The notes: generated by a model from the letters alone, not told the origin. A DNA stretch of 64,000 bases from Octopus vulgaris (GCA_951406725.2 OX597832.1:28582001-28646000); one strand, 5' to 3'; positions 29,761 through 44,213 are shown, numbered from the stretch's first letter. Numbers and translations are program-made.

Positions 29761-30063
29761 AGGGGTTTGGTGGAGAATGAATTAAGGAAATCAGAATCCT
29801 TAAATTCGTGACGCTTGGGCAGCCTGGTTTCGGGGTTCGACAAAAGACCCAGCATTTTATAGGTTGGTTCTACTCTGGAATTCACCTCAACCACATTATG
29901 TTGTTCTTGAGCAAGACACTTCATTTCACGCTGTCCTAGTCCACTCAGTTGGTAAAAATAAATAATAATCCTGCCGCAGACCCGCGTTCTGTCCAGGGAA
30001 AAATCATTATGTATATATGTGTGTGTGTGTGTGTAAATCAGCACACACACACTGCTGCTGCTG

Positions 30064-30096
<33 letters not shown>

Positions 30097-30494
30097 ATAC
30101 CACTGATGGCACTGCCATTTCTGCCTCTGCTTCCTATTGTTTCTGTTTTCTGGCGGCTTCTTGTAGTTGCACTTCTTTGAAGTCATTGATCTTTTGACTT
30201 GCTGTATACAAACGCCAACAGAAAAGAGAAGGTGGGGCGGGGTGAAATACGACCAAAATACCAATTAACTGATCAACTATGAATACCCAGCCACAGCGAC
30301 TGACTTACAGAGATGAAAAAGATTATAACTCCGGAACCTATATATACCGGCCAACAGCCTCACCACAAACCAGATGCAGTGGAACCACGTCAGTGACCAG
30401 GTCAAAGATGGTGCGACGAAATTTTTTAAATCAAATAATAAATGTTTAAGTGAAGTTAACATTCTTAGCAGTTAACAGTATATATGTATATGTA

Positions 30495-30658
<164 letters not shown>

Positions 30659-30660
30659 TT

Positions 30661-30868
30661 GTATGTCTGTGTTTGTCCCCCAACATCGCTTGACAACCGA
30701 TGCTGGTGTGTTTACATCCCCGTAAATTAGCGGTTCGGCAAAAGCGACCGATCGAATAAGTACTAGGCTTACAAAGAATAAGTCCTGGGATCGATTTGCT
30801 CAACCAAAAGGCGGTGCTCCAGCATGGCCACAGTCAAATGACTGAAACCAGTAAAAGAGTGAAAGAAT
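30661..30868 (+). mobile_element. SINE family B, 3' half
   Basis: Begins at the microsatellite and runs to the AAAAGAGT tail. Confidence 0.85.
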
Positions 30869-31645
30869 CTGTTTTTGAATGGCTAAAATGTGTTTTCCAT
30901 GCTGGAATTGTTTACGGCAATTTAATTTTGGATGTTGGTGGCTATAACACTGAGGCTTGTGGAATTAGAAGGAAATCACCGACAAGGCGAGCAGGCTATC
31001 TGGTTTCGAATCTTAATGATAGCTAATACATATCGCTCACTTGATTAATCTTCTTAAAACCAAGTATACAGTTCTAACCCTATTCGTACCGGCCACTCCG
31101 TATTTATACCGGCCACCACGAATTCATACAACCCTCACCGTATTCATAAACTATTTGATCCAGCCGCCCTCGCAAATTCCAACAAACTACTCGTAGATCA
31201 ACTAACGGATACCCAAAACTTGTCACAATACCTTCTGCAGATGGCAGCCATGTTTGTATTTCGCAATCAAAATAGTGAATGGGGATCATCTCAGCGAAAT
31301 CTTTATTTATTTGTAGATCAAAATTGTTGATTTAAGTAAAAGATTCTAGTTTTGTGCAGTTTTCTGTTACAATTGATTTGCGTCTGTTGCAAGTTTCTTT
31401 TTCTCTGTGAATAATTGGTTCTTTGATAAATTGGTCGTTCTATTCGATGGATACAGGATTCTTTGTAATCTAAATATTAGAAAACGACGTTTTATTTCAA
31501 CGAAATATGAAGAAATAAAGAAAAAAAACGAAAATATATTGAAACATTGAATCAACTTGCAGTCACACATAGGATAGCTGTCTTGCCTGTGCAAACACAC
31601 ATACATACATACATACATACATACATACATACATACATACATACA

Positions 31646-31679
<34 letters not shown>

Positions 31680-31920
31680 CATACATACACACATACATAC
31701 ATAAATACATACATACATACATACATACATACATACATACATACATACATACATGCATGCATACTTAGATATATGCATGCATGCATATATACATATACAC
31801 GTATACACACGCACACGCGCGCACAGACACATGTGCACATACACACACACACGCACACACTTACACATACATATATATAGAGATATATAAGTAGACATAT
31901 GTATATATAAATAATATACA

Positions 31921-32253
31921 GGCGTAGGAGTCGCTGTGTGGTAAGAAGCTTGCTTCCCAACCGCACGGTTTCGGGTCCAGTCCTACTGCGTGGTACCTTG
32001 GGCAAGTGTCTTCTACTATAGCTTCTGGCAAACCAAAGCTTTGTGAGTGGATTTGGTAGATGGAAACTGAAAGAAGACCATCGTATATATGTGTATGTGT
32101 GTGTGTATCTCCCCGTAACTTAGCGGTTCGGTAAAAGTAACCGATACAATAAGTACTAGGCTTACAAAGAATAAGTCCTGGTGTCGATTTGTTCGACTAA
32201 AGACGGTGCTCCAGCATGGCCGCAGTCAAAATGACAGAAACAAATAAAAGAAT
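31921..32253 (+). mobile_element. SINE family B
   Basis: Head GGCGTAGGAGTCGCTGTGTGG through the tail, small internal deletion. Confidence 0.88.
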
Positions 32254-32350
32254 ATATGTACATATACATATTCACATTTATGTCATATATATATTTATGT
32301 TTATATATATATATACATATATACACATATATATATGCATATAAATATAT

Positions 32351-32411
<61 letters not shown>

Positions 32412-32424
32412 TATATGTATATAA

Positions 32425-32634
32425 TGTTAATCCAAACATGAAAACACAAAGAGAAAACACAATAACGCGAGGACGTGGAACAAATATAGTATTATTGGAT
32501 GCTCAGGAAAGAAGGGAAGAAGGAGGGTTTAACGTTTCGAGCGGAGCTCTTCGTCGGACACATAGGAGAAGGAAAGATCCAGAGAAGGGAAGACAGAGGA
32601 AAAAAAATCACCAACGGTACACACGCGGTCACAT
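32425..32634 (-). mobile_element. Second copy of the hammerhead-bearing repeat (core mutated to CCGACGA)
   Basis: Colinear with 5714-5921 over its length; embedded between TA-rich tracts. Confidence 0.75.
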
Positions 32635-32682
32635 TTTGAATGTATATATGTATATATATATATGTGTATATATATATATGTA

Positions 32683-32739
<57 letters not shown>

Positions 32740-33273
32740 ATATATATACATATACATACATACATGCATATATATATATAACTACAAACACATTATTTAT
32801 AAGGGTGCATGTCTGGTTGTGTTAGTGTGTGCGTGTGTATGCACGTGAGAGTCTGTGCATGTGTGTGTGTGTGTATGTTTAGACAGACAGCTATTAATAT
32901 CCGAAAGTACACATCTGACCGCAGAAAAGGCGTTGGTTGCACAGGCATCAGTTGTCGAACAGCAACAACAACAACAACAACAACAACTACTACTACTACT
33001 ACTACTACTGGTACAAAAGGCTAAAACAACAGCGAAGGTAAAATGTCGTTTATTATATTCAATTGCGATGTTTTGTTGTAAGGTGAAACCAGTTTTGTAA
33101 GGAGCGAGTCTGGGACTGTCTTTTGGCATTGACAGCGTCAACAGGTTCCAGTAATTTCTCTCTTAATTCCACATGGAATCAAACGTGGTTCTTTGAAAGT
33201 CAATTTCACTCACAAACATAGATTGTAACCCCTTTTTACAGCTTATATTTTACGGAGTCTATCTGTGTGTCTG

Positions 33274-33633
<360 letters not shown>

Positions 33634-33769
33634 CATGAGTGTGTGTATTTCTATGCATGATTATATGAATGTAATTATATAACTTCTAATACAATACAGG
33701 CGCACAACACACACGTACGCACATATTTGCAATAAAGACGTTGGTAGTGATGGTGGTGGTGAAATGTTG

Positions 33770-33800
<31 letters not shown>

Positions 33801-34393
33801 AAGTGGTGGCGGTGATGGTGGTAGTGGTGGTGGTGGTAGTGGTAGTGTTGGTGGTGGTGGTGGTGGAAGTGGTAGCGGTGGCGGTGATGGTGGTAGTGGT
33901 GATGATGGTAGTGGTGATGGTGGTAGTGGTAGTGTTGGTGGCAGTGGTGGTAGTGGTGGTGGAAGTGGTAGCGGTGGTGATGTTGCTGGAAGTGGTGGCG
34001 TTGATGGTGGATGTATTGGTGGTGACGGTGGTAGTGGTGGTGGTGGTGGTAGTGGTGGTGGATGCGTTGGTGTCGTACAAATAAAAGAAATGCAAAAATA
34101 TGAAGACATCATGAAACAAGTTGGATTTCTTACTTCTGAGTCAACCTCTTCTGTTCCTCTCCCCCTCTCTTTTTCTCCACGCATGCATGTATGTGCCAAT
34201 GTTTGTATTTGTGTGTGTGTGTGTGTGTTTTGGCAGTCATAGCTGTGTGGCAAGCAACTTTGTATTGCAACAGCGTTGATCTAGGTTCGATCCCGTTGCG
34301 CAACATCTTAGGAAAAATGTCTTCAAGTCTAATCTCAGGTTGACCAATACATTCAGAGCCAGAAAATGTACAGAATATGTCATGTATACTAAC

Positions 34394-34760
<367 letters not shown>

Positions 34761-35289
34761 TATATATATATGGAACAAAAACGCAACAAAGAGCTTTAAA
34801 ATGTTCGGACAGGTAGACAATACAAAGGCGGACAAGAGAAACAACAATTAGAAGGACAGATAAAAAAAAGACGGGTCATTCTTGGCTTTCTTTCATCAGT
34901 CGAGTCCCAAAAGTCACGACCATTTCGGACAGTTACACTTGAGATGGTTCGATTTGGTTGCCCCACCCCAAAGTCTAAGCTAAGAGCATTGGACCCCTTT
35001 GTAAGAAAGCTAGCGAATGTGTACGGCAACAAAGACTAAAAGCAAATAAAAAAAAAAAAGAAACGGAGAATATGGTACACAATTATGAATACAAACAATA
35101 TGGCGGCTCGTGTTTAGGCACTGCAGAACTGTAGCACCCTCTATTTCCATTCGGTATAATCGATAACATTCAATATAATGAATCCCTTTTTCTTTAATTC
35201 TTTCTTTATACTTGTACATTATATAATCCTTAAGTTTAATGTCAGTAGCTGTCCCCTATTTTATGAAATGAATACAAAAATCCTTGTAT

Positions 35290-35430
35290 AGAACTGTGCG
35301 CTTTGCAGTTCCAGCGACGCGGTGTTTGGCTGTTTTGCGCATGCTCAGATGTCCGAGATAGGAAACTTCACGCTAGGGAGAGAGAGAGAGCACTGTCGTT
35401 CACGCAGCGCCGGTGAGAGGTAGTGTTTCT
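35290..35430 (+). promoter_or_regulatory. Candidate Pol II promoter / non-coding first exon
   Basis: Non-repetitive CpG-richer patch with NRF1-like TGCGCATGCTCA, a GAGA run and a possible donor CCG|GTGAGA; motif inference only. Confidence 0.25.
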
Positions 35431-35960
35431 TTTTGACTCCGTGTGTGTTGTGTTTGAAAACGTGTGTATATTCTTGAATGTGATAAAGTGTAGAATTAGA
35501 TTATTATCCTGCTTCCAGCTTCAGTGTTGCTGCCAAGATTTGAAAAATAGGGCAGATTCTCTTTCCCCCTTATTTTGTAATTTAGGGGGTTGGGATTTAA
35601 CTCCTATTTCTAACCTGTCGGAAAACCCCTTAGTTGCTTTTCCTTTCGTGTATGAGTTTTATACACACACACACACGCGCATATATATATATGCATGCAT
35701 ATATGCGCATATACATATAATACCTACATGTATGTATGTATGTGTGTGTGTGTGTGTGTGTGTGTATAAATGTGCATGTATACACAGGTGCTTCGAATGA
35801 AAACAACTAATCTTCTTTTCGCTGCCCATTGTATATTTATTTGAACCGTCTTTAAACATCTTTTGTGGGAGTGTGTTCTATGATAATACTAACGCGTATT
35901 ACTAACACTTATAAGACACTTATAAACACACACACACACGGACACACACGCACGCACACG

Positions 35961-36041
<81 letters not shown>

Positions 36042-36110
36042 CAATACGAATAAAAATGAAGATGTTGCCAATAGTTTCGAATGGTTAGAAGCGACCTTTT
36101 CGTCACTACA

Positions 36111-36352
36111 CGGTAATCCCACGACTACCGCGGGTGTTAGGTTCCAACCACCCGACCCCGCGATAGGTGAACATCCGCGAAGTAGAAACAGTACTTTACT
36201 GTATGTTTTAAAAAAAATCATTTTTATAATTTGTATATATTTATTTCAATATAAATGCAAAACCACACAACAGAGGAATCGACGTAAGCTTGAATAATAA
36301 ACCGCGATAAGTGAATCATGATAGGTGAACCGCGATATGGCGAGATATACTG
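36111..36352. mobile_element. Tigger/pogo-type MITE
   Basis: Imperfect TIRs CGGTAATCCCACGACTACCGCGG / CCGCGATATGGCGAGATATACTG followed by TA; internal CCGCGATA.GTGAA repeats. Confidence 0.7.
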
Positions 36353-36427
36353 TATATACGGGTTTGTATGCATGATTTATTAATGAATAAGTAAATAAAT
36401 AAATAAAATTGTTGTGCTGAGTTTCCT

Positions 36428-36460
36428 GTTCGATCCTCACCAGAACCTGTATACATTTTT
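36428..36460 (+). pseudogene. 3' relic of a tRNA-Val gene (T-loop, 3' acceptor strand, trailer and terminator)
   Basis: GTTCGATCCTCACCAGAACCT matches the 3' end of the GGTTCTG-type copies exactly; followed by GTATACATTTTT, resembling the trailer of the 45590 copy (GTATAAACTTTT). Confidence 0.75.
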
Positions 36461-36461
36461 A

Positions 36462-36688
36462 GGCGGCGAGCTGGCAGAAACGTTGGCACGCCGGGCGAAC
36501 TGCGTAGCTGTATTAAGTCTGCCGTTACATTCTGAGTTCAAATTCCGCCGAGGTCGACTTTGCTTTTCATCCTTTCTGGGTCGATAAATTAAGTACCAGT
36601 TACGCACTGGGGTCGATGTAATCGACTTAATCCCTTTGTCTGTCCTTGTTTGTCCCCTCTGTGTTTAGCCCCTTGTGGGCAATAAAAG
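36462..36688 (+). mobile_element. SINE family A
   Basis: Full-length; starts right after the tRNA-Val relic terminator. Confidence 0.9.
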
Positions 36689-36753
<65 letters not shown>

Positions 36754-37304
36754 TGTCTGTATGTATGTATGTATATGTAGATATAGGGAGAGAAAGAGGT
36801 AGGATAAATTTCTTTATTGGCCACACAGGGCTGCATACAGATGGGACAAGTTACAAGGTAGAGCTTTTCTTTTGGGGGATGAAAAAAACAAAAAACAAAA
36901 GAAACAAAAGAAAAGGTGGCGTAGGTTTTCGATCAAAAGGGATCGTAAAGGGGAAAAAAAGAAGAAAAAATGAAAAAAAATAATAAAAAATAAAAGAAGG
37001 AAAAGGAACAAAAGAAAGGAGAAATGAAAAAAAAAGAAGAAAAAGGGGGAAGACAGAAAGATAGATTGAAACTCATATCATGATCAATTCAAAAAAATGA
37101 TCAGCCAATTCTGTTGGGAATCCTATCAATCTGTTGTCTCTGGAATAGATTCTGTTTTGATTCCTCAACGACAGCGTTTGGGACGAGAGGGGGGAGCTGA
37201 GTGATTTGTGGAATAACTGTTGACTCAATCACGATGTAATTGTTTCTACACAAACATATACATGTATACATACATACATAGACACAAGTTAACACACACA
37301 TACG

Positions 37305-37344
<40 letters not shown>

Positions 37345-37431
37345 CATACACACACACGTATGTATATGTGTATGCATCATTTGTATGTATATCCATATAT
37401 CTTCTTTGTTGAAAGCTAGAGAGACATGATG

Positions 37432-37482
<51 letters not shown>

Positions 37483-38681
37483 CATACATACATACACACA
37501 AACACACACATATAAGGAGAGAGGGAGGGGGAGATAAACGCATAACGGGATAAACACGCACACACACACACACACACAGAAACACCTGTATAAACACACT
37601 TAGACAAATACAATCCCAAATATCAATTTCTATACTCGAGTGTGTGTGTGTGTGTGTGTGCGTGTGTGTGTGTGTGTGCGTGCGTGTATGTGTGTGCGTG
37701 TGTGTGTTTATTAATGCCGTTTCGCATCTCTCCCACAACTCTGAAAAAACACACATAGACACATGCACACACACACACATACATAAATACACTGCATATA
37801 TACATGTAGACATCTTTCTGTAAAAATGACTGCTTCACCTAAACCGAATACAAAACACACAAAAAAATTTCCTATTATTTGTAAATAAATATAAAAAAAA
37901 TACACAAAGAACAAACGCAAGAAAAAAAATGCAACTAAAGACCCTAATAAAAGACGCCTCTTGCCTTAGATTCCAGCTAATTGTTTCCATTGTCTGCGGA
38001 ATTAGCTTTTAACAGACAAAACAGCGAAGAAAAAAAATGGTGAATAAAACGATATCGGCTGGTCTGGTTGGGTGTGAGACGGTTGTTTATCACCTTTTGA
38101 CTCAATCGTATCCAGAAAACCACTCAAACAAATATGGCCGCCAATATAAATGTGTGTTGGCTTCGATAAATATTTACTTCTGCTTCAATCGACAAAATGT
38201 CGCCGTTGTTGCAGTGAATTGTTATTGTCTGTGTTTTGCTTTTTTTATTATTGTTTGTGTTGTTGTTGTGTGAATGGCACCGTCTCTTTTATTGTGAAAC
38301 ACTTCAGCATCGAATCTGGCTTGTTTGGAACAGTGTGTGGATACGGGCACACGCGTACTCTCTCTCTTTCTCTCTCCTTCTCTCTCTCTCTCTCTCTGTC
38401 TCTCACACACACAGAGAACCCTTCCCAGCCTCTGTCTCACACATATTACTCCACATAAAATCATTTTTTTTGTCTGTCGTTAGATTTTGTTTAATCAGTG
38501 ATCGGTTGTGTATGTTGATGGAAAACAAAATCACAGTGTGTAGATGTTGACTGGATAGATAGATCGATCGATCGATAGGTAGATAGATAGATAGATAAAT
38601 AGATTGATTGATTGATTGAGAGAGAGAGAGAGAGAGAAAGACAGATAGATAGATAGATAGATAGATAGATACATACATACA

Positions 38682-38715
<34 letters not shown>

Positions 38716-38995
38716 CAAACATACCTACATATGTACATACATAGACGGATGGATGGATGGTTGGGTAGATGGGTGGGTGGATGGATGGATGGGTGGATGG
38801 GTGGGTGGATGGATGGATTGATGGTGGATGGGTGGATAGATAGGTTGGTAGGTAAGCAAATCAACAGATAGGTAGATGGATAGATAGATGGGTAGATAGA
38901 TAGGTAGATAGATAGATAAATAGATAGATAAATAGGTAGGTAGGTAGGTAGATAGGTAGATAGATAGAGAAAAAGAACGAGGAAGTAAGGAGAGT

Positions 38996-39046
<51 letters not shown>

Positions 39047-39778
39047 TGCGTGTGTGTGTGTTGGTGTGTATGAATGAAAGGGAGAGCAAAGAAGAGATAG
39101 AGAGAAAAGATGGAAAGAAGGGGGCAACTTACGAGGTGGGGGTGTGTGAGTAGAACTCATGTTTACAGAGATAGGAATGAAGTGATTAACTTATGCCAGT
39201 GATAGGAACTAGAGGCGAAAGAATCACCAGAATTCTTCAAGAATTTAAAGACGAAAGATTCAGATTTTCTGCAAATGGTATAGGAATGGCGTTGTTGTTG
39301 TTTAACTGAGTAAATATGTAATCAAAGACGTTCTAGCCATGGCCATCCTGTCTGTGGAGACCAAGACTGCATCATCTAATGCATCTTTACTTGTTGAAGA
39401 CAATGGCGTGTGACCGGAAGGAGATTTGGGTGCTATTTCTAGCAATTTGAACGGCCACATAGAAGTTTTCTCGGAAGGGAAGGTCGCGTTACTATAGCAA
39501 CAGTACTGTAATGGCGAATGTAGGGGTGGGGTAGTGATGTGGCCGAGTGTTGGAGGGTGTAGGACACAATACCTTGCAGATATTGGTTCCGGGTCTCCCC
39601 GTTCTGTGTTCAGATCCTGCCGAAACCAGTTTTGCCTTTCATCGTTTCAGGGGCCGTTTAACAAAACACAAGTGGACGACGGTGGGGGCGGTCGGAATTG
39701 TGAAGGGTTTCCTTTGGACCCTCCATCACATTCTGAGTTCATGCTCGTTTTAACACTACTGGCGGTAGTAGCGGTGGG

Positions 39779-40470
39779 GTGTTGAGTCGGGGTGTTGAGT
39801 GAGAGTGTTGAGTGAGAGTGTTGAGTGAAGGTGTTTAACAGCACTGGCAGTGGTGGTAGTGGTGGTGGGGAAATGTTAAATGGGGTGTTAAGTGGGAGTG
39901 TTGAGTGGGGATGTTGAGTGAGGATGTAGAGTGGGGAGTTGAGCAGGGATGTTGAGTGGGAGTGTTGAGTAGAGATGTTGAGTGGAGGTGTTGAGTGGGG
40001 ATGTTGAGTGAAGGTGTTGAGTAATAGTGTTGAGTGGAGTGTTGAGTGGAGATGTTGAGTGAGGGTGCTGAGTAGATTGTTGAGCAGGACTCTTAAGTGG
40101 TGTGTTGAGTGGAGTGTAGAGTAGAGGTACTGAGTGGGGGGTTGAGTGAGGGTGTTGAGTGAGGGTGTTGAGTGAGGTGCTGAGAGCGGTGTTGGAATAA
40201 TCACTTTTGGATCCTCCTTCATATTCTGAGTTCTTGCTCGTTTTAATACCACTGGCGGTGGTGGTAGTGGTGGTGGGAAAATGTTAAATGGGGTGTTAAG
40301 TGGGAGTGTTGAATGGGGATGTTGAGTGAGGGTGTAGAGTGGAGAGTTGAGTGGAGAGTTGAGTGGGGGTGTTGAGTGGGGGGATGAGGGTGTTGAGTGA
40401 CTGGTTGAGTGGGTTTGAGTGAATGTGTTGAGTGGGGGTGTTGAATGAGGGAGTTAAGGAGGGGTTAAGT
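39779..40470. repeat. G-rich minisatellite (GTGTTGAGT.... ~13-bp unit) with an internal block duplication
   Basis: Dozens of TGTTGAGT cores; 39730-39930 largely repeated at 40222-40345. Confidence 0.85.
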
Positions 40471-41610
40471 GTGGGGGGAAGGGTCCGGTTTTAACGTCCT
40501 CCCTTCCAATTCTCAGTCTCGGAGGTCTCAAAACTAGATACAATATCAGAGGCACTATTCTCCCTTCCCTTTCCTGATTGGTGAAGGATCTCCGTCTTTT
40601 GACGACGAGCATTTAAGTGTTTGATCAACTGCATTATCTGTTCTTTGAATTCATCTATAAGTGGCTGAGTATTCCACAGAAAAATGCAGCCGTAACATTA
40701 TTCTGAGGCAGAATCAGCGTGACACAATGAGTGAGAAAACTGTACCTATTGAATTACGGGTACAATCCACCCGACGGGCTACTATACAGTTTCTGTCCTC
40801 CAGTTTCAAGGTATGAGTTAATCTGAAACAAGGGAAAATAACATTTTCCCAAGATGCCTGCCAGTGGGATCGAACCCACGACCTTCTGGTTGCAAAGAAA
40901 ATCCTTACCTATTTGGCCATGACATTCCTATCTCTTCTGAGTAAAAGGCAGGACCACACTTCCGCCCCCAACAAACTTTAGCAATGCCTTTAGTTCAGGG
41001 TGACATTGAGTTATCTCCCTTGTATTCGTCCCCAGTACTACCCCCATATTAAATACTCCCTTTGAAGAGAGTCTTTTCATGGCAAAAGACGAGACAAATG
41101 TCCATATTTAAATGAGGTCGATCTTCAGACATTTTGTCCGACGCTTTGGCGTAGAAACAAGACTTGTCTGGTTGCAAACTTTATTCTGTGTTCTCATTAA
41201 TAAAGAGTAGAGAGGTAGTTTGGTAATTCACAGTGTACAATAGGGAGCTTTCGTTTATACATCACATGGATAATTTCCATTAATCGAATTGTTTAAAACG
41301 CCATGTTACGAGCCCAACTTAAAATGTCGTCCATAGACTTCAATAACTTACGAAATAAGTTAGACCAGAGTTACTCTCCTTGTTTAAATCGGCTTCAAAG
41401 ATTTTAAGATGTCTTTTAGTCGAATCGTTTCCATATTTGTGTTGCAAGATTCTTCTCGTGACAATGTATGTTGAAACAGTTGTTGTTATGTTTGGGGGTG
41501 ACTACCACCAAGTAGAAGGATATTTTAGTTCTATCCTTTATCCTTTGATTGTTTTAAGCGACGATGCTGGGCACTGCCTTGAAGAATTTTGATCAAACGA
41601 ATGCACCCCA

Positions 41611-41668
<58 letters not shown>

Positions 41669-42129
41669 CCCATTGTATTTGTAAAATTATTAATTACTAA
41701 TTAATTAATTTTACCCTTATTATTATTGACAATATAAATATGCATACATACATACATACATACACACATACATACATACATACATACATACAGAGTGTTC
41801 AAAAAGTCTCTCCGCGAGAGAAACGTGACATGAAGTGATTTGCTTAAGAACGCAACGAATTGCTCCGCCCAGGAATCGAAACCACAAACTTATGATCACT
41901 CAAGCCACACGCAACTCCGCACACGCACGCAGTCACACACACACATTGAATTTTACTGCGCTGATAATTTCAAGGGAAATAACCCCGCAGAAAAATCTTT
42001 AAAGAGTGATCTCCCCTAAAAATCCACGTCGATTTTTTTTGTTAGTTTTGACATTGAAGATCGACCGGACCACTTATTTCTCATTTTTTAATAATACTGT
42101 TTACGGAAATGCATTATCAGTAAAATGCA

Positions 42130-42483
42130 TTAAAAGGTATTATCAGTAAAAGCTTGAAGGCTTTCTTCTATAAGTGCCAGCCCTTTAGCAATAATTCTTG
42201 TAGCCATTTAAATGGCATTTGTAGAAAATTCGATGTCTCATTTGTATTCTCATCTTGTTCTTTTTCTTACAGCATCAGCTTATCCTCGGATAAACCTTTT
42301 TCTCTTGGACCCTAGCTACTTAATTACATCAACCTCTATAATTTCTCCACATCTTACATCTCTTGCAACTGTCATATCTTTCCAATTCTGAGGAAAACTT
42401 GTAATATCGCAGATATAATCTGGCCCCATTCTTTTCCAAGCTCTATTCAAAGCTGAAGGTTTCACTTCATCTCATGACGCAGC
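42130..42483 (-). pseudogene. Tigger/pogo transposase fossil, C-terminal part
   Basis: Minus translation AAS*DEVKPSALNRAWKRMGP...EVDVIK*L.S....LSED matches AW.EV...T.N..WKKL.P / DV.E.L.SH...LT.ED. Confidence 0.6.
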
Positions 42484-42788
42484 TGCGTCATTCGATTAGG
42501 GTCCAAGATTTATAAGAATTAAACCGGAATTCTTTTGATCATGGATTTGCTCGATTAGGATTGACCTAGGGTTAAACAATAAGCAGCATATCAACCATTC
42601 CCACCATCAGTACCAGCACCACCACACCGCCACCACTATCATCATTACCATCATCACCATCGCCATCGTAGTGGTGTACAAGCATTCTGGTAACAACTAT
42701 AGATCTTTGTTTCAGAAAATTCGATATTTTCAAAAATCAAAATAAAAAGATAAAAGTGTGTTTTTATTAAGAAAAAAAAAAGGCCCGA

Positions 42789-42861
42789 AGGTTCCGGCGA
42801 GGATCGAACTCACGACCTTCTGCGTGTAAAGCAGATGTGATAACCACTACACCACGGAACC
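42789..42861 (-). tRNA. tRNA-Val(TAC)
   Basis: Reverse complement GGTTCCG TG GTG TAGTGGTTAT CAC A TCTGC TTTACAC GCAGA AGGTC GTGAG TTCGATC CTCGC CGGAACC T: complete cloverleaf, A and B boxes, oligo-T terminator just downstream. Confidence 0.96.
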
Positions 42862-43375
42862 CACTCACATTAGGTTGTCGAGTTTCTGACTATATTATTA
42901 ATCTATTATTAAAATAGTTGCAATAATTCATTGATTTATCCACCCTGTGAATTTCTTGCAAAAGTTGTTTGAAAGTTCTCGTATAATGTGCTTTGAGGTT
43001 TACTATCACACCTTAAGCCATTGATTGGAGCAAAGAAGAGAAATGGTAGCATCATATTATAAATATACCTTTCTCTTGGAGTATGGACAACTGCAGGTAA
43101 TGCAGAGTCAAGTATCTTGTATCCGAATCACAATGAAACAACTCGAGCCGGATCCGAACGGAGGACCCATTCGTTGGTAGACAGTCTCTTTTTATAGCCC
43201 ACAAGCCTAAAAGAATACAGTTTACACCTACATACACACACACTAAAAACGAGAACTGGAACTCCTTTGACCGTCGGTTATTTCGATCAGGGTCGACTTG
43301 GTGTTAAACAAAAAACAGACCTTCGTCTCTAGAATTACTTTTATCAAAAAAAGAAGAAAAAAAAGGCAAAGTTAA

Positions 43376-43448
43376 AGGTTCTGGTGAGGATCGAACTCAC
43401 GACCTTCTGCGTGTGAAACAGACGTGATCACCACTACACCACAGAACC
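43376..43448 (-). tRNA. tRNA-Val(CAC), variant copy (D-loop GGTGATC, U-G pair at the end of the anticodon stem)
   Basis: GGTTCTG...TCTGT TTCACAC GCAGA...GTGAG TTCGATC CTCAC CAGAACC T; oligo-T downstream. Two substitutions outside the anticodon versus the TAC copies; may be functional or decaying. Confidence 0.85.
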
Positions 43449-43496
43449 TTACGGAATTTTCTGCTTTATTTTTATGTTTATTACTCTATTATTTTT

Positions 43497-43727
43497 TTTA
43501 TTTATTTGTTTCAGTCACTTGACTGTGGCTATAGTGAAGCACCGCCTTTAGTCGAACAAATCGCCCCCAGGACTTATTCTTTATAAGCCTAATACTTATT
43601 CTATTGGTATCTTTTGCCGAAATGCTCAGTTACGAGGACGTAAACACACCAGCATCAGTAGTCAAGCGATGGTGTGGATATAGACACAGACACACACAGA
43701 AACACACACACACATATGTGTATATAT

Positions 43728-43768
<41 letters not shown>

Positions 43769-43932
43769 GACGGGTTTCTTTCAGTTTCCCCACTACCAAA
43801 TCCACTCACAAGGCTTTGGTTGGCCCGAAGTTATAGTGGAAGACACTTGCGCAATGTGCCACACAGTGGGACTGAACCCGGAACCATGTGGTTGGTAAGT
43901 AAGCTACTTACCATACAGCCACGCCTGTGCCT
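43497..43932 (-). mobile_element. SINE family B inserted in the 5' flank of tRNA-Val(CAC)
   Basis: Full-length copy; flank homology with the other tRNA copies resumes at about 43935. Confidence 0.88.
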
Positions 43933-43964
43933 ATTGTTAAAATATTTGCAGTGACTCATTGATC

Positions 43965-44213
43965 CCCGAGTTGTGTCTTGGGGATACATTCTATTTTCAC
44001 ATTATGAGGGAGGTCATCTAAGTTCGCTGGGTGGCTGGGTGCGTTGTGTTTAAAAGAACAATGCATTGTTGGAAGCATAATATGCGACACTGGGCCTTTG
44101 TCATTGCGCTTTTGTAAACCTCACATCTATGCCTCCTTATTTGAATGTCAAATCATTGGTAGATTAAACTTTGTGAAAGATTGGAAAGCCCTTGAATTTT
44201 CGGTGTGAAACAC
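43965..44213 (-). pseudogene. Tigger/pogo transposase fossil, middle (DDE) part
   Basis: Minus translation HTENSRAF...LPMI*HSNKEA*M ... HNAPSHP matches HS.NPRA...LPV.W.SNKKAWM ... DNAP.HP. Confidence 0.75.

Noticed and set aside
34870-34945. GAAA...CUGAUGA on the minus strand as a type-II hammerhead (similar layout at 51350-51395)
   Set aside because: Stem II cannot be formed convincingly; at most a Penelope-related remnant.
39647-40252. 201-aa ORF with TQH/STL repeats
   Set aside because: Translation of the GTTGAGT minisatellite.
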